Shown here piece by piece: positions 38,066 to 48,984 of a DNA stretch of 64,000 nucleotides. This DNA comes from Monocercomonoides exilis PA203 (lineage: Eukaryota > Protista > Preaxostyla). Each line of letters starts with the position of its first letter. The first letter of the stretch is position 1. The notes below the pieces were generated by a model. That model was not told where the DNA came from and searched no databases. It saw only the letters and a list, made by a program, of their open reading frames with translations. The DNA is taken from assembly GCA_001643675.2 (NCBI GenBank), contig LSRY02000038.1, positions 1 to 64,000 on the forward strand, given 5' to 3'. A program made the translations under genes and the position numbers.

Positions 38066-38850
38066 AGCGAATAAAAGAAAATTTTAATTGTAATTGAATA
38101 ATTTCAAGTTTATATTAAAGAAAGATGAAAACCCCCTGAATTGCATTATTATTATTTTAATCAGATAAGCAAAGGAAATCTTTGTATTTATTAAAATTCC
38201 ATGTGTATTCTGCGATGCGAGAAATTCTGCTCAAATGAGAATCTGAATTGTTATTGAATCTCAAAATTTTTATGAAAAAGAATCGAAACAAACCATGTAA
38301 ATTTCATGAACAAACAATTGCAAAATAGTCCATTCAAAAATACCCTTTTCATATACAAGTATTGAAATTTTTTATTTTGATCAAAAATCTTGGATATATA
38401 ATATTTTAAAACAAAATTTTTTTATCCAAAGAAAAAGTTTGTGATGAATCAACAAATTTCATTCCAAAATGTTGAATTTTCTCTGATAAAAAAGAAATAT
38501 AGTGTTTTATAATTAGCTATTCATGTGTCAAATTTTTGCTCGATGGAAATTTTCAAAAAAAATTTCACAGATTTTCAAATTTTTTTTCGACTGAAAATAT
38601 GAAAATTATCATTTAAATTTTTATAATTATTCATGTTTTGAAACTTCTTAAAGATTGAATGATCCATATATATATAATTCGAAATATCTTTTTATTCATT
38701 CATCTTTCATAAACGGAAACGGAATAAAATCAATAATTGATTAATGAAAATTGAAATACAAAAAATATAGTACATATTTTGTTTGTTTTTGTTTCGTATT
38801 ATCATTTTCAGTTTCTTTCCAGGGTTTTATGTGAAAATTCCGCCGGATTA

Positions 38851-38866
38851 CTAACCCTAACCTAAC
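38851..38866 (+). repeat. Interstitial telomeric motif CTAACCCTAACCTAAC
   Basis: Same 16-mer as at 18001-18016. It is preceded by CCGG, as is the motif at 17868. Confidence 0.7.
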
Positions 38867-40899
38867 AAAGTTTGATCTTCCATTGAAAAAATTCATTTAT
38901 AATGTTAATATGATATAGTATATAATGTAAATTTTTGGTGTTAATCTGTCCACAAATTATTGAGATAAAAAAATATTTTCATTTTTTCATTCATTTTTTG
39001 AATAATAATTAATTTTTTTTTATTTTTTTGTAACGTTCATTCCATCTCAATTTTAATATCAAATAAATAATTATCATATAATATATCTCTACTAATTTTA
39101 TTTTTAATATTGAAAGCAATCCTCTTATGAAATAATTTTTTTTCCATAATTTTAAATCTTAATAAATATTTTTCTATTTATTCCATGAACATATTAATTT
39201 GAAAATAATGTTTTGTATAGGTTATGAGGGGTGGGGAATGTGTTGGTGTATAGTAAGAATGGTAACAAACAGTTTTTGAGAAGTCGAATTTTTTTCATTG
39301 AAAAATGGTTTTGATCTAGATCAAACTTTTTTTCAAAAAAATATTTTTTTCATAAGAAGTAGGAATTAGTGATTGATGAAAAGTTACATATATGGGTAAT
39401 ATTATGAGAGGAATTGATTGGTATTAAAATCAGAAATTAATCTATTCAAATTGTGGAATTATATGTAAAATATAATTTTTTCAGTCAAAATTTTGGAAAA
39501 AGAAATTTAAATATCTCGATAAATAAATTTTTCTAAGCCGTGAGACTTTACAGAAGTGTTAGTTGGACCATTTGTGAATTTTTGAAGTCATGGTCAAAAA
39601 TTCGAAAAATGTGAAATTTTGATTTTTTCTGATTAAGTTGAATTTAGCTCAAGTTAGTCAGAAAAAATGAAAAATTGGTGAAAATCGATTTTTATGAAAG
39701 TTGTGATCGAAACTTATGAAAACACAAAAAGTTCGGATAATTCGCGAATAGTCCGCTGAATTTTTTTCTCGGGCCAGATTGGTCTGGTTAGTGAGAAAAT
39801 GTGATATGAAGATTTTGACTGAAAAAGTGGTGATCATAGATCAAGGAGCGAAAAATATGGGGTCTCAGATTCCTTTGATAATTGGCAGGTGGCAAGTATA
39901 TATGCCACTTATAAACATACTCGAATCTAAATTTTTTCTACCGAGCGGTTGTGGCAGGGCAGTGCGGACAAGTTGGTGATTTTGACTGTAAAATCGAAAA
40001 ATATTTTTTTTCTCGAAAATTTCAAAGTCGATATAAAATATGATTCCATGGATGATTATGAGTTGCAATGTTGTATATTGGTGATTTTTGGTTGGATACA
40101 CTTATTTGTAGTTTCTGAGTTACAATCGATATTTTGAGTGAAAATGGTCATTTTTGAGGTATATCGAGTATAACACCAGAAGTAATGGCCAGATAAATTT
40201 GATATTAATATATGATATATGTGCATATAGTGCGGTAATAGCATGCATATGGGTGTTGGTGGCGGGGGTCTGGCAGGCTGTCCAGAAAAGAAATAAAAAT
40301 TTTGACTTTGTCTGGGGGTGCCTGGTTAGTGAAGTCACAGAGAGCGAAGGAGAGGCAAGTGGCTGAATCGAAACACATATGACCGGCACAGTAACCCATG
40401 CCCGGATGTGGCCAAACGGCGTTTCGATCGGCCCAGTGGTTGCTGAGAAATCCAAGCGACTAGTTGTTTTGAGTTCAGTGTTGATTTTTTACATAGAAAA
40501 ATGACTGGGGGGGTATTGACTTGGGAGAGCTGTGGAGAGTGAAGGGAGGGCAAGTGACCGGAGTTAGAAGGATATGTTGGGGAATGTTAGTGGGGGTATG
40601 ATATGGTGCGGTTGCTAAGAAATTGGCCCAGCGAATATTTCTCTGCACTCGTGGAAGTATATTTTTCAATGAAAATTAATTTTTTTCTTTGAAAAATTTT
40701 CAATGAATTCAAACTTTTGCTCGTCGAGCGTAAAGAAGCACGATAAGGTTCATTTAATTATTTTCCATTTTAATTATTAATATCTTTTTTATTTTTAATA
40801 TGTTTTATATTGATTTCGATAAAATCAAAATTTCCATAAATTAATTTTCAAATCGATATTTTTTCAATGTGTGATAACTTTGAAATGGATTTCTATTGC

Positions 40900-43660
40900 A
40901 AAAAACCAAGATTATCATTCGTATCTTGATGATTAATAGGCTCAGCGTATTGCATGCTCCACTTTCTGATAAACAAGTTTGACACGTTGATAATGAACAA
41001 CAATTTTCTCAATTATTCATTCCGCTTGGTAATATTCAGGTTCTGATAACATTGAATTCGAGTTTTGCATCATAATGAATTATTTTCATAACGAGCTTAC
41101 ATCCCCAGAGTGCATAATTATCTGCTGCAAATATTTTCCAAAATCTGTAACAATTATGTTCACATCTCACCGCATATTACATATCTTCTATAAATTGAAA
41201 GATAAATATCAATAACTCATACCAGTGCAGCTTCACAAACCTTGAACTTCATCAATGATTGAATTTTTCACTTCGATCCTAACTTTCTTTCATTTTCTAA
41301 TCAATATAACAGCTTTCTCGATGGTATTTGTTATTCATTCGTCCTTTCATCTTTTGACAAAGAATAAAAATGCTGAATAAAATCCAAAATAAATAATTTC
41401 TTTTAATAAAACCTTTCAAATAGAAACGCATACTCTGAATATTATGATTCATTGAAAATTGTGCTTTTTATTCAATAAACTGCATGTATCTCCACTGAAA
41501 GCCAATTTTTACTAAAAAACTTACAAAAATATTAAATATTTCAAACCTCTGAATGATTTATCTCTCATTCACATTAAATTCCAAACATTATTATTGATGT
41601 TGCTAAAACATGTGGGAAAATTTGCCAGATCTGAATTTTTCATTGAAAGATATTTATTTATTCAGACAAATTCTTAAATATTTCCTTCAGAAAACATCAT
41701 ATCGATGATTTGCAATCGAAATACTCTTCAAATTGTCTTTTCTTTTTCTCTGATCATTCGTAATTATCTCAAAATATAAATATCTTTCAAAAATTTAACT
41801 TTCAAAATAAAAGAAAACCTTTCGCAATCCTCAAACCTCCAAATAGAGAGTGATATTTTCTTTCACAGAAATAAAAATCTCCAAATGAAACAATTTATAT
41901 CCTTCTGCTTTTCATGGATTCCAAAAAGATAATAAAAACTACTCTGTTCCTTACCATGGATCTATCAGGAGTTTTAATGTCTTATATATTAACCATAGAA
42001 CTGAAGATGTCTGAAAATTGCTTCACATTCATTCCTTCAAATAAATAATTGCAAGATGACAAAATAATTGAATTTTGTATCAAGAACAAACTGTTCACAT
42101 ATCTGGATTGCTAATTCAAATTTTGTTCAAATGAAACTGCATTAAACTTAAATCCCCAATCAAATAAACGTGCTTTTATGTATCACTCTTTCATTTCCTC
42201 ACAGATTGAAATAATGAAAAATGGTCCATCACTGAAAAGCTTTTGGAGAAAACTTCTTCAATAAATGACTTTTTGATATCATTATTTCCCAAATGTTGCA
42301 TTTCATATAAATTCTGAAATAAAAAAAAGAGTTTTGCTAAAAAATAAAGAATAAAACAAACCTTTATTGTCCAAATCATTATCATTCGAACTCAACAGTC
42401 GAATTCAAGTGTTATTGTTTTCGTACGCTTTCACAGATTTTCTTTTCAGGCTAACTATATCCTTTTCATCTTTGTTTGACCATCTTATGACAGTTGATTG
42501 ATCTGATTATTTAATTCGAAATTCACAGTCATTCGATAAAATTAAGGATTATGTCTCATATGGATAATAGCAAAATTCATATATAATTAATATTGAAAGT
42601 GTAATGTGTGAGAAGTTTCTTTCTTTGATTGTTAGAGTTTGAAATTTATTTCTTATTTCTCAAGCAACTTCATATGAAAGATCTTTTATGAACGAATGGA
42701 AAAATCAAAATTCTACACAGTTATAGAAGCCAATAGAAAATAATGTTATCCTTTTTCATTTCAAAGAAGCTCAGCGTCTGCCATTAAGTTTCAGTTGAAT
42801 CAAAAGGAAACTTAAATTCTGAAAAAACTCTCCGAATCTTTGTTCGAAATGAACATTCCTGTTTGTGCTCCGATTGATTGAACCCTCCAATTCAATAGTT
42901 TTTCTTATTAAAGTCTGACTTTGTAATTGTTTCCGTAAGCATCGTTATTTTTCAATTTAAATATTTCTGAAATTCTTTTCTTCATTCGCAATATTCATCA
43001 AATCAATCATTATTTTTTCCATTTAATTTTTGCATAAATCAAATATTTAATTATTTTCAGCATCAACAGTGTAATTTTGTTCATTTTCAAGCAAATATAT
43101 CTTTAATCATTTCATCCATCTGATTCGATATTCAACTGTTGCATTCAAAGATTATCGATTCATCTTCCTTCAAGCATAAATCATTTTCCACAATCAATAT
43201 TACCATGTCTGCAATCAACAAGCCATTTGTGAAACTCAATTAATGCTTCGTTTGTTCCTTTACAGCAAGCATCACATCTCAATCATCAATCCAACAATTG
43301 TCCATTTCATTTAGCATTGAAACATTCAATGTTCTGATGTTGTTTATTAGCCTTAACCATTTTGTGATTCTGCTTTTGATTTTCTCACGAGATCGCTTTT
43401 TCAATGTTAATCAATCAGACTTTCACAACTTTTAAAATGATTCTCACTGCACAAAGCAAACATAATTCATAATAAACTCATTAGAAACATGCACATATTG
43501 ATATTTCTTTCTCTCATGCAGCATTCTTCTGATTGTCACGTGTCTTTAATCAAATTCAGTATCAAATAGAATAGGAGCCTACGGAAATGTTTTCCCCGCA
43601 ACAAAAAAATCAAAGAGATAGCAAACGTTTGATTGTTTGAACAATGAATTATTCATCCAT
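40900..43660 (-). pseudogene. Decayed AT-rich gene downstream of YR-Myb copy 3; probable homologue of 11940-13700
   Basis: Broken minus-strand frames give KQSNVCYLFDFFVAGKHFRRLLFY, RHVTI and KKRSREKS, against RQKAICTVQKFFCNRNIDSLQFYY, RHVKI and RKAKREKS at 13.4-13.7 kb. Boundaries are approximate. Confidence 0.35.
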
Positions 43661-43935
43661 CTTTTCGTACTTTCTATATTTTCACTTCGAAATGTTTGAT
43701 TTTAAAGAATGAAACAATGAAACATGATATCTTTTTATAATTTTCTGTAAACAGCAAATAAAAACAAACAATCCAATACAAAGAGAAATTTGCAGTTTAA
43801 TTGTTCGATAAAGAAAAAGGTTATCAACATTATGATATCAAAGAAATTGTGACAGATAAGGAATTCACACTGAAAAGAATGAAATTCTGCAAATATGTCT
43901 TTCAGTCTTTTTCACTCGCTTGCTTTCATGTTCGT

Positions 43936-46900
43936 TTATGTCTTTGCATTTTCCACATCTTCGTATTCATCACCCATTTGCAGTAAATCCAAAACGTTCT
44001 CCGGGAAATCCAAATTAGCATCGTCGTTGTGTTCAGCCTTGATTTTTTTGAGAATGTTCCTTAATCTGTCGCGGCAAGAGTTTCCTGATCTGCACTTCAA
44101 CTCTTTGCTTATTTCTTCGAAAGATTTATTGTCCAGCAATCCTTTCATCAAAACATCATCTTCCATTCGAGTCCACTTGATTCTTGTCTTGCAACTTGTT
44201 ATTGGATTCACTTCTCTGTTCTCTTTGAGCTTTTCCTTTGGCTTAAAGTTTGAAACTTCCAACATGATCTTTCCATCAAGATAGTCATCTATTTGCGACA
44301 GATATTCATTTGCCAAGTTTATCAAATCTCCGCCACTGGTCTTAACGAGTTGTAGAATATACTCCTTGCATGCATGAATAGCTGTTTGATTCTTCTTTCT
44401 TTTAATATCATGTGCCTTTACAAACTTTGCAGCTGCCATCGAATGCAATTTGGAGATATACGAAGATGGATATCCAAATTTCCAACAGGTGAACTTAATG
44501 ATTTGCAAGACGTAAAATCGAAATGTGTCCAAAATGCTTTCTATTCTCCATTCACTCCTTTTGATTTCGACATTATGGAAAACAGTTGGGTTTGACAAAT
44601 CCAAGGCAAACGGCTCCTCAGACTCCAATACATCGTTAGGAAAATTTGTTCGGTTGGAAATTATAGTTGCTTTTGTTGTTCTGCTCACATACTCCTCCTC
44701 TGTTGGTCCGCCAAACTTCCACTTCGCAATAAATGAAGCAGTTTCAAGAACGCTTTCTCTCTTTAAAGGATTGTTCCCAATTTTCAAAAGAGCGGAACAA
44801 AGAAACCCTGATCGTAAAGAGTGGAAGCCAAAAAGCTTATCGGGATAGCCTGCCTGTTTTGCCCTCTTCTGTATCCTCACCCTCATTGCACCTTTGCGCA
44901 AGCCCCACACACGTTCCCACCCCAAATCCTTTAAACTCCATTCATCAAATCGAGTTAACGAAAGCCCAAATTCTTGCACTAAGTATTGTTCAAACCACCA
45001 TATGAAATTCAAGCTGCTTTTTGAACAAATGTCCCCCTCCAGGGTCACGCAATGGTCATCCATTCTGTACCCTTTTCCACATTCAACATTAAACGTAACC
45101 TTCAGAAAGGTTGAACCTGGCTTGGCGAACACCCGAACGATATCTTTCATCTTCACCATTGAACACGTTATGCTTCTGGAACCTGTCGACAAAGCAAAAA
45201 TAAAAAGGGATGCTTCCCTTGGCTTCTCCAACACCCAGTCTGGAATACATCCAATAATTCTTTCAAGATCTCCGACAATTAAAGGCTCCTTCTTTTTGGA
45301 TTTAATCAAATTTGCTCCTCCTTTTGTATCAATATTGAAGTGATGCAGTTTTGTCTTCGCAGCACGAATCTCACTCATTGCTTGCTTCACAGCAAGCTTC
45401 ACCTTCACACTGACGGATGAATCAGATTGACTTTCAGAAAGAAAATACAAACTTGGGATGATAGAAGCACACAGAGACTTCACTGAATAACGAAGTCCAA
45501 TTCCCAAAAGCTTGAGAAATCCATATGTTGGATCTTCCTCCAATGGCCAGGTTGGAAAATGAAACTTTTCACAAAACAAACAAAACATTCCCCTCACCCA
45601 TTCATGACTTTTTGATGTTTCTCCGTATGTTGGTGTCCCTCTTTTGATATATGTTTGTAAAGTCTCCGCGCTGTAAGTTCTGAGTGCATTAGATAATCGA
45701 TTTGGTGTATCGTAGACAAAGCGTGGAGAATCCATCGCTGGTGTGGAAGATCCAGTTGAAATCAAATCCAAAGGCCTGAACTCTTCGTCTTGTTCATAAC
45801 CATACAATTCCTTTCTTGTTTTTCTCACTCTAAAAGCTTCATCAGTTGTAATTTGCTCAATAAATGTGTACGGTTTCTTTCTTGACATATTCAATTTGTG
45901 CAACAGAGCACTTTTCGTCTCAGCCGTGTCAAAAACAGTCCTTCGCTTTTTCTTTTCCTTTTTCTTCAAAAATGATCTTTGTTTCTTTTGTTTTCTTCCT
46001 TTCACTTTTGAAATTGCCAAATCTGAACTTGCAATGCTTCCACAATTTTCCTGCGAACTCTCATTTTCTTCTTTATCATTATCTATCAGCATGATCTCTT
46101 TATCTTCAGCGGTTTGTTTTCTATCCATTTCGTTCACTGAAAGTTTTTTTTTCTTTCCCTTCGAACCTTTGACACTCACTTTTTCACCATGAAGAACTTT
46201 TCTGATATCGATAAATGAAAGATTTTGCAGCTCTTCATTAATCTGAAAATTTCTCCCACTGTCAGGACATTGTTCATTTTCAGTTCCTTCTTTTTCTTGA
46301 TTTTCTTTCTCTGATTGTCTTCTTGTCGATATGGTTGAAAGTTTGGATGCAGTATATATATCGGATGAAGAACGCCTTTGTTTGTACACTCTTTTCTTTT
46401 CCGTTTCATCCGTCTTTTGGTATTTCTTTAATGTTCCTTCGATGAATTTTGCGGTTCTGCTTTTCTTGGGTCTCCCTCTTTTTTTTCTTTTTACACAGAT
46501 TTTCTTTAATTCTTTGATATTCTTTTCCTGTTTTTTGTAATTGTCTGGATCTTCTTTCTCTGATTGCTCTTCCAGCTGAACAATTGTAACATTTGAAATC
46601 GTTGCACCACATATTTTGTCCTTCAAAGCATTAAAATCGTTCACAAGCATGAGTTGCTGCTCAAAAACAGAAATTATCTCCTCGACATTATCGTAACGAA
46701 CTTGATTTATCGTGTTCTCCTTTGATAAAGATAGATCAACATGTTGCGATGAACGAATATTGAAACTTGATTGATTTTTATCGTAGTGAAACTCTTTCCG
46801 AAATTCTTCGTATTCGGTTTTTCGTGTTATCTCGGGGTAAATATGTTCATTTGTTCCATTTGTGGCTTCTGTTGCATTTACAGTTCTTTGCATGAATTGA

Positions 46901-47637
46901 AAATGACTCGAAAACATTTCTGGACATGCACAAACGGATGCAGATGAATATCCAACAAGTGAATCCGAAAATGTTGATGACTGTGCATAAGGATCGCTCC
47001 TATCAGAACTTTTATCCATTCCTTTCGATTCAGATTCTTCAGAATAGAAAGTCTCAGTTGATGAATTCGTCTCCTCCTCATTTGATGATTGTAAAGATTT
47101 TTCTGTTATTTCATTTTCCTTGTGGTTGCCTGAACTGAGTTTGTCTGGAAATTCGTCTGTTGAAGAATTATCTATATTGTCAATATTTCTTTTCATTCTC
47201 TCTGCGCAGAGCTCGTCAAGATTTTCTTTCCTAACGGAAAACAGCGGCCTTGGGAAAATGCTTTTATGTGCGCACTCACGAATGCAATCCAAAGATATTT
47301 GCTCTGGATACTGTTCCAAGACGGTTGAGTTAAAATCAAATTTGGGTAAGGAATCATCATTTTTCAAATTCATAAGCCACTGAGAAATAGAAGATATTTG
47401 GTCAGCGTTGTCCATTTTTTTCTTTTTGGCTTTTTCCTTTTGAGCAGAATTGTTTGCAATCCTTTCAAGTGATGGAGTGGAAATTACATCGTCGAAGCTA
47501 CTGAATTGAACGGTTGAAGATTGACGAAGTGGGGACATTGGTGGGCTGATGAAGAAAGGAGAAGAAGGAGCGGAAATTGCATTTGAACGAATTGAAGGAG
47601 TGTGATGAGGGGTAGTTGTTGGAGTGAGTGGTGGCAA
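43936..47637 (-). CDS. Tyrosine recombinase-Myb fusion, copy 3 (>=1233 aa; true start probably further upstream)
   Basis: TGSR, CGKG, FGFHSLRSG, IAKW, EEYV. Myb WTRMEDDVLM..FEEISKELKCRSGNSCRDRLRNI. The frame stays open without an ATG to ~47805, so an upstream exon is likely. Confidence 0.9.
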   Translation of the reverse strand: MPPLTPTTTPHHTPSIRSNAISAPSSPFFISPPMSPLRQSSTVQFSSFDDVISTPSLERIANNSAQKEKAKKKKMDNADQISSISQWLMNLKNDDSLPKFDFNSTVLEQYPEQISLDCIRECAHKSIFPRPLFSVRKENLDELCAERMKRNIDNIDNSSTDEFPDKLSSGNHKENEITEKSLQSSNEEETNSSTETFYSEESESKGMDKSSDRSDPYAQSSTFSDSLVGYSSASVCACPEMFSSHFQFMQRTVNATEATNGTNEHIYPEITRKTEYEEFRKEFHYDKNQSSFNIRSSQHVDLSLSKENTINQVRYDNVEEIISVFEQQLMLVNDFNALKDKICGATISNVTIVQLEEQSEKEDPDNYKKQEKNIKELKKICVKRKKRGRPKKSRTAKFIEGTLKKYQKTDETEKKRVYKQRRSSSDIYTASKLSTISTRRQSEKENQEKEGTENEQCPDSGRNFQINEELQNLSFIDIRKVLHGEKVSVKGSKGKKKKLSVNEMDRKQTAEDKEIMLIDNDKEENESSQENCGSIASSDLAISKVKGRKQKKQRSFLKKKEKKKRRTVFDTAETKSALLHKLNMSRKKPYTFIEQITTDEAFRVRKTRKELYGYEQDEEFRPLDLISTGSSTPAMDSPRFVYDTPNRLSNALRTYSAETLQTYIKRGTPTYGETSKSHEWVRGMFCLFCEKFHFPTWPLEEDPTYGFLKLLGIGLRYSVKSLCASIIPSLYFLSESQSDSSVSVKVKLAVKQAMSEIRAAKTKLHHFNIDTKGGANLIKSKKKEPLIVGDLERIIGCIPDWVLEKPREASLFIFALSTGSRSITCSMVKMKDIVRVFAKPGSTFLKVTFNVECGKGYRMDDHCVTLEGDICSKSSLNFIWWFEQYLVQEFGLSLTRFDEWSLKDLGWERVWGLRKGAMRVRIQKRAKQAGYPDKLFGFHSLRSGFLCSALLKIGNNPLKRESVLETASFIAKWKFGGPTEEEYVSRTTKATIISNRTNFPNDVLESEEPFALDLSNPTVFHNVEIKRSEWRIESILDTFRFYVLQIIKFTCWKFGYPSSYISKLHSMAAAKFVKAHDIKRKKNQTAIHACKEYILQLVKTSGGDLINLANEYLSQIDDYLDGKIMLEVSNFKPKEKLKENREVNPITSCKTRIKWTRMEDDVLMKGLLDNKSFEEISKELKCRSGNSCRDRLRNILKKIKAEHNDDANLDFPENVLDLLQMGDEYEDVENAKT

Positions 47638-48984
47638 ACGGTAGAAATTTGGCTGCGAAGGCGATGCAACTCCTTTCTGTGCTCTTCTCTCGTCTTCCTT
47701 TTGATTGGTGATCTCTTGATTTCGTTCTTTATAGAAAATAAATTGCCTATAATAAAAACGAAAGAAATCATAAACAAACTGTAGAAATTCATAGAATTTT
47801 TGCTGTTAATTGAATAGAATAATAAAATTAGCACCAATGAAAAATTCTCCACAAACTATTTATCTCCAGCGTATCGGAATCTTCTTAACATTGCAATTTT
47901 TCTAATACGAAAAAAGAACAGGAAAAATCGATTAATTGTGAGAAATTGATGTTAAAGTAGTGTTCCAAACTTGAATAAGTCACAAAATCTTCAAATATAT
48001 ACAAGAAATAAATTGGATTTATCAGGAATATTTATTTCCTTTGAAGTGATCAAGATTGATGGAGATAATGGTTTGTTCCGCAACATATTATGGTCATGAT
48101 CAATCAATTATACTTTTGTTTCAGATTTTTCCAAAGAGGAAAATAAGCGTATCAGATGTTGTCGATATTGAACAAGAGTTAATTTACAAGTATGTTGGCT
48201 ATATTGAAATTAAAAAAATATTGATTTTGATTCAATTTTTTGATTAGTTCGTTTTTCAATTTTACAGAACTCGACAGTGAATTGACATGTGTAACGAAGT
48301 GGAAACGCTGTCTGCAATGCAAGTTTGCCGTGCTGCAAATAAGATTTCATCAGAAGGAAAAGCTGGGCTTTTAAATCCAAGTCAGCCAAATTTTGAATAT
48401 TAAACGTTGAAAATGAATTGTTAAATCTTTTTATCAGGACATATGGTTAGGAGGATAGAACATAAAGCTGTTTACAGGCAAATTAATCAGTTCTCTTTAT
48501 GAAAACCGAATATTTTCATTGACGAATGAAAACAATAAGATTTTTTGTTTCCATTTAATCAAAAAAAGAAAGAAAATCAATGTTATTGTTTTTCAATATA
48601 TTTTTCTCATAACATTCGTTTCCAAATAACATTTTTTTCATGTTGATAACAAAGCATTTTTAAAATAATCATCATATTCTTTGTTTTCAATAAAGTTAAA
48701 TATCGAATAAAAATATTTCATAAGTCAAAACATATTTTTCATTGAAAGATAACATTTTCAAGATATTCCAAAAAGTTTTGGAGTAAAAAGCGGGAAAGAT
48801 CGGAAGCTTAATTATTAAAATTAGGTTAGCAGTATAAATGACCCATAACTTCATTTGAATTTTGCCGGTCAACCATCCAACCAATTTTGACAAAAAATAT
48901 CTCAAATGATAGACAAATCACTGCTCTATTATTCAATATCATTTTCATTCCATGCTAGTTCTTCAAGCACTTCAAATTCTTAGT

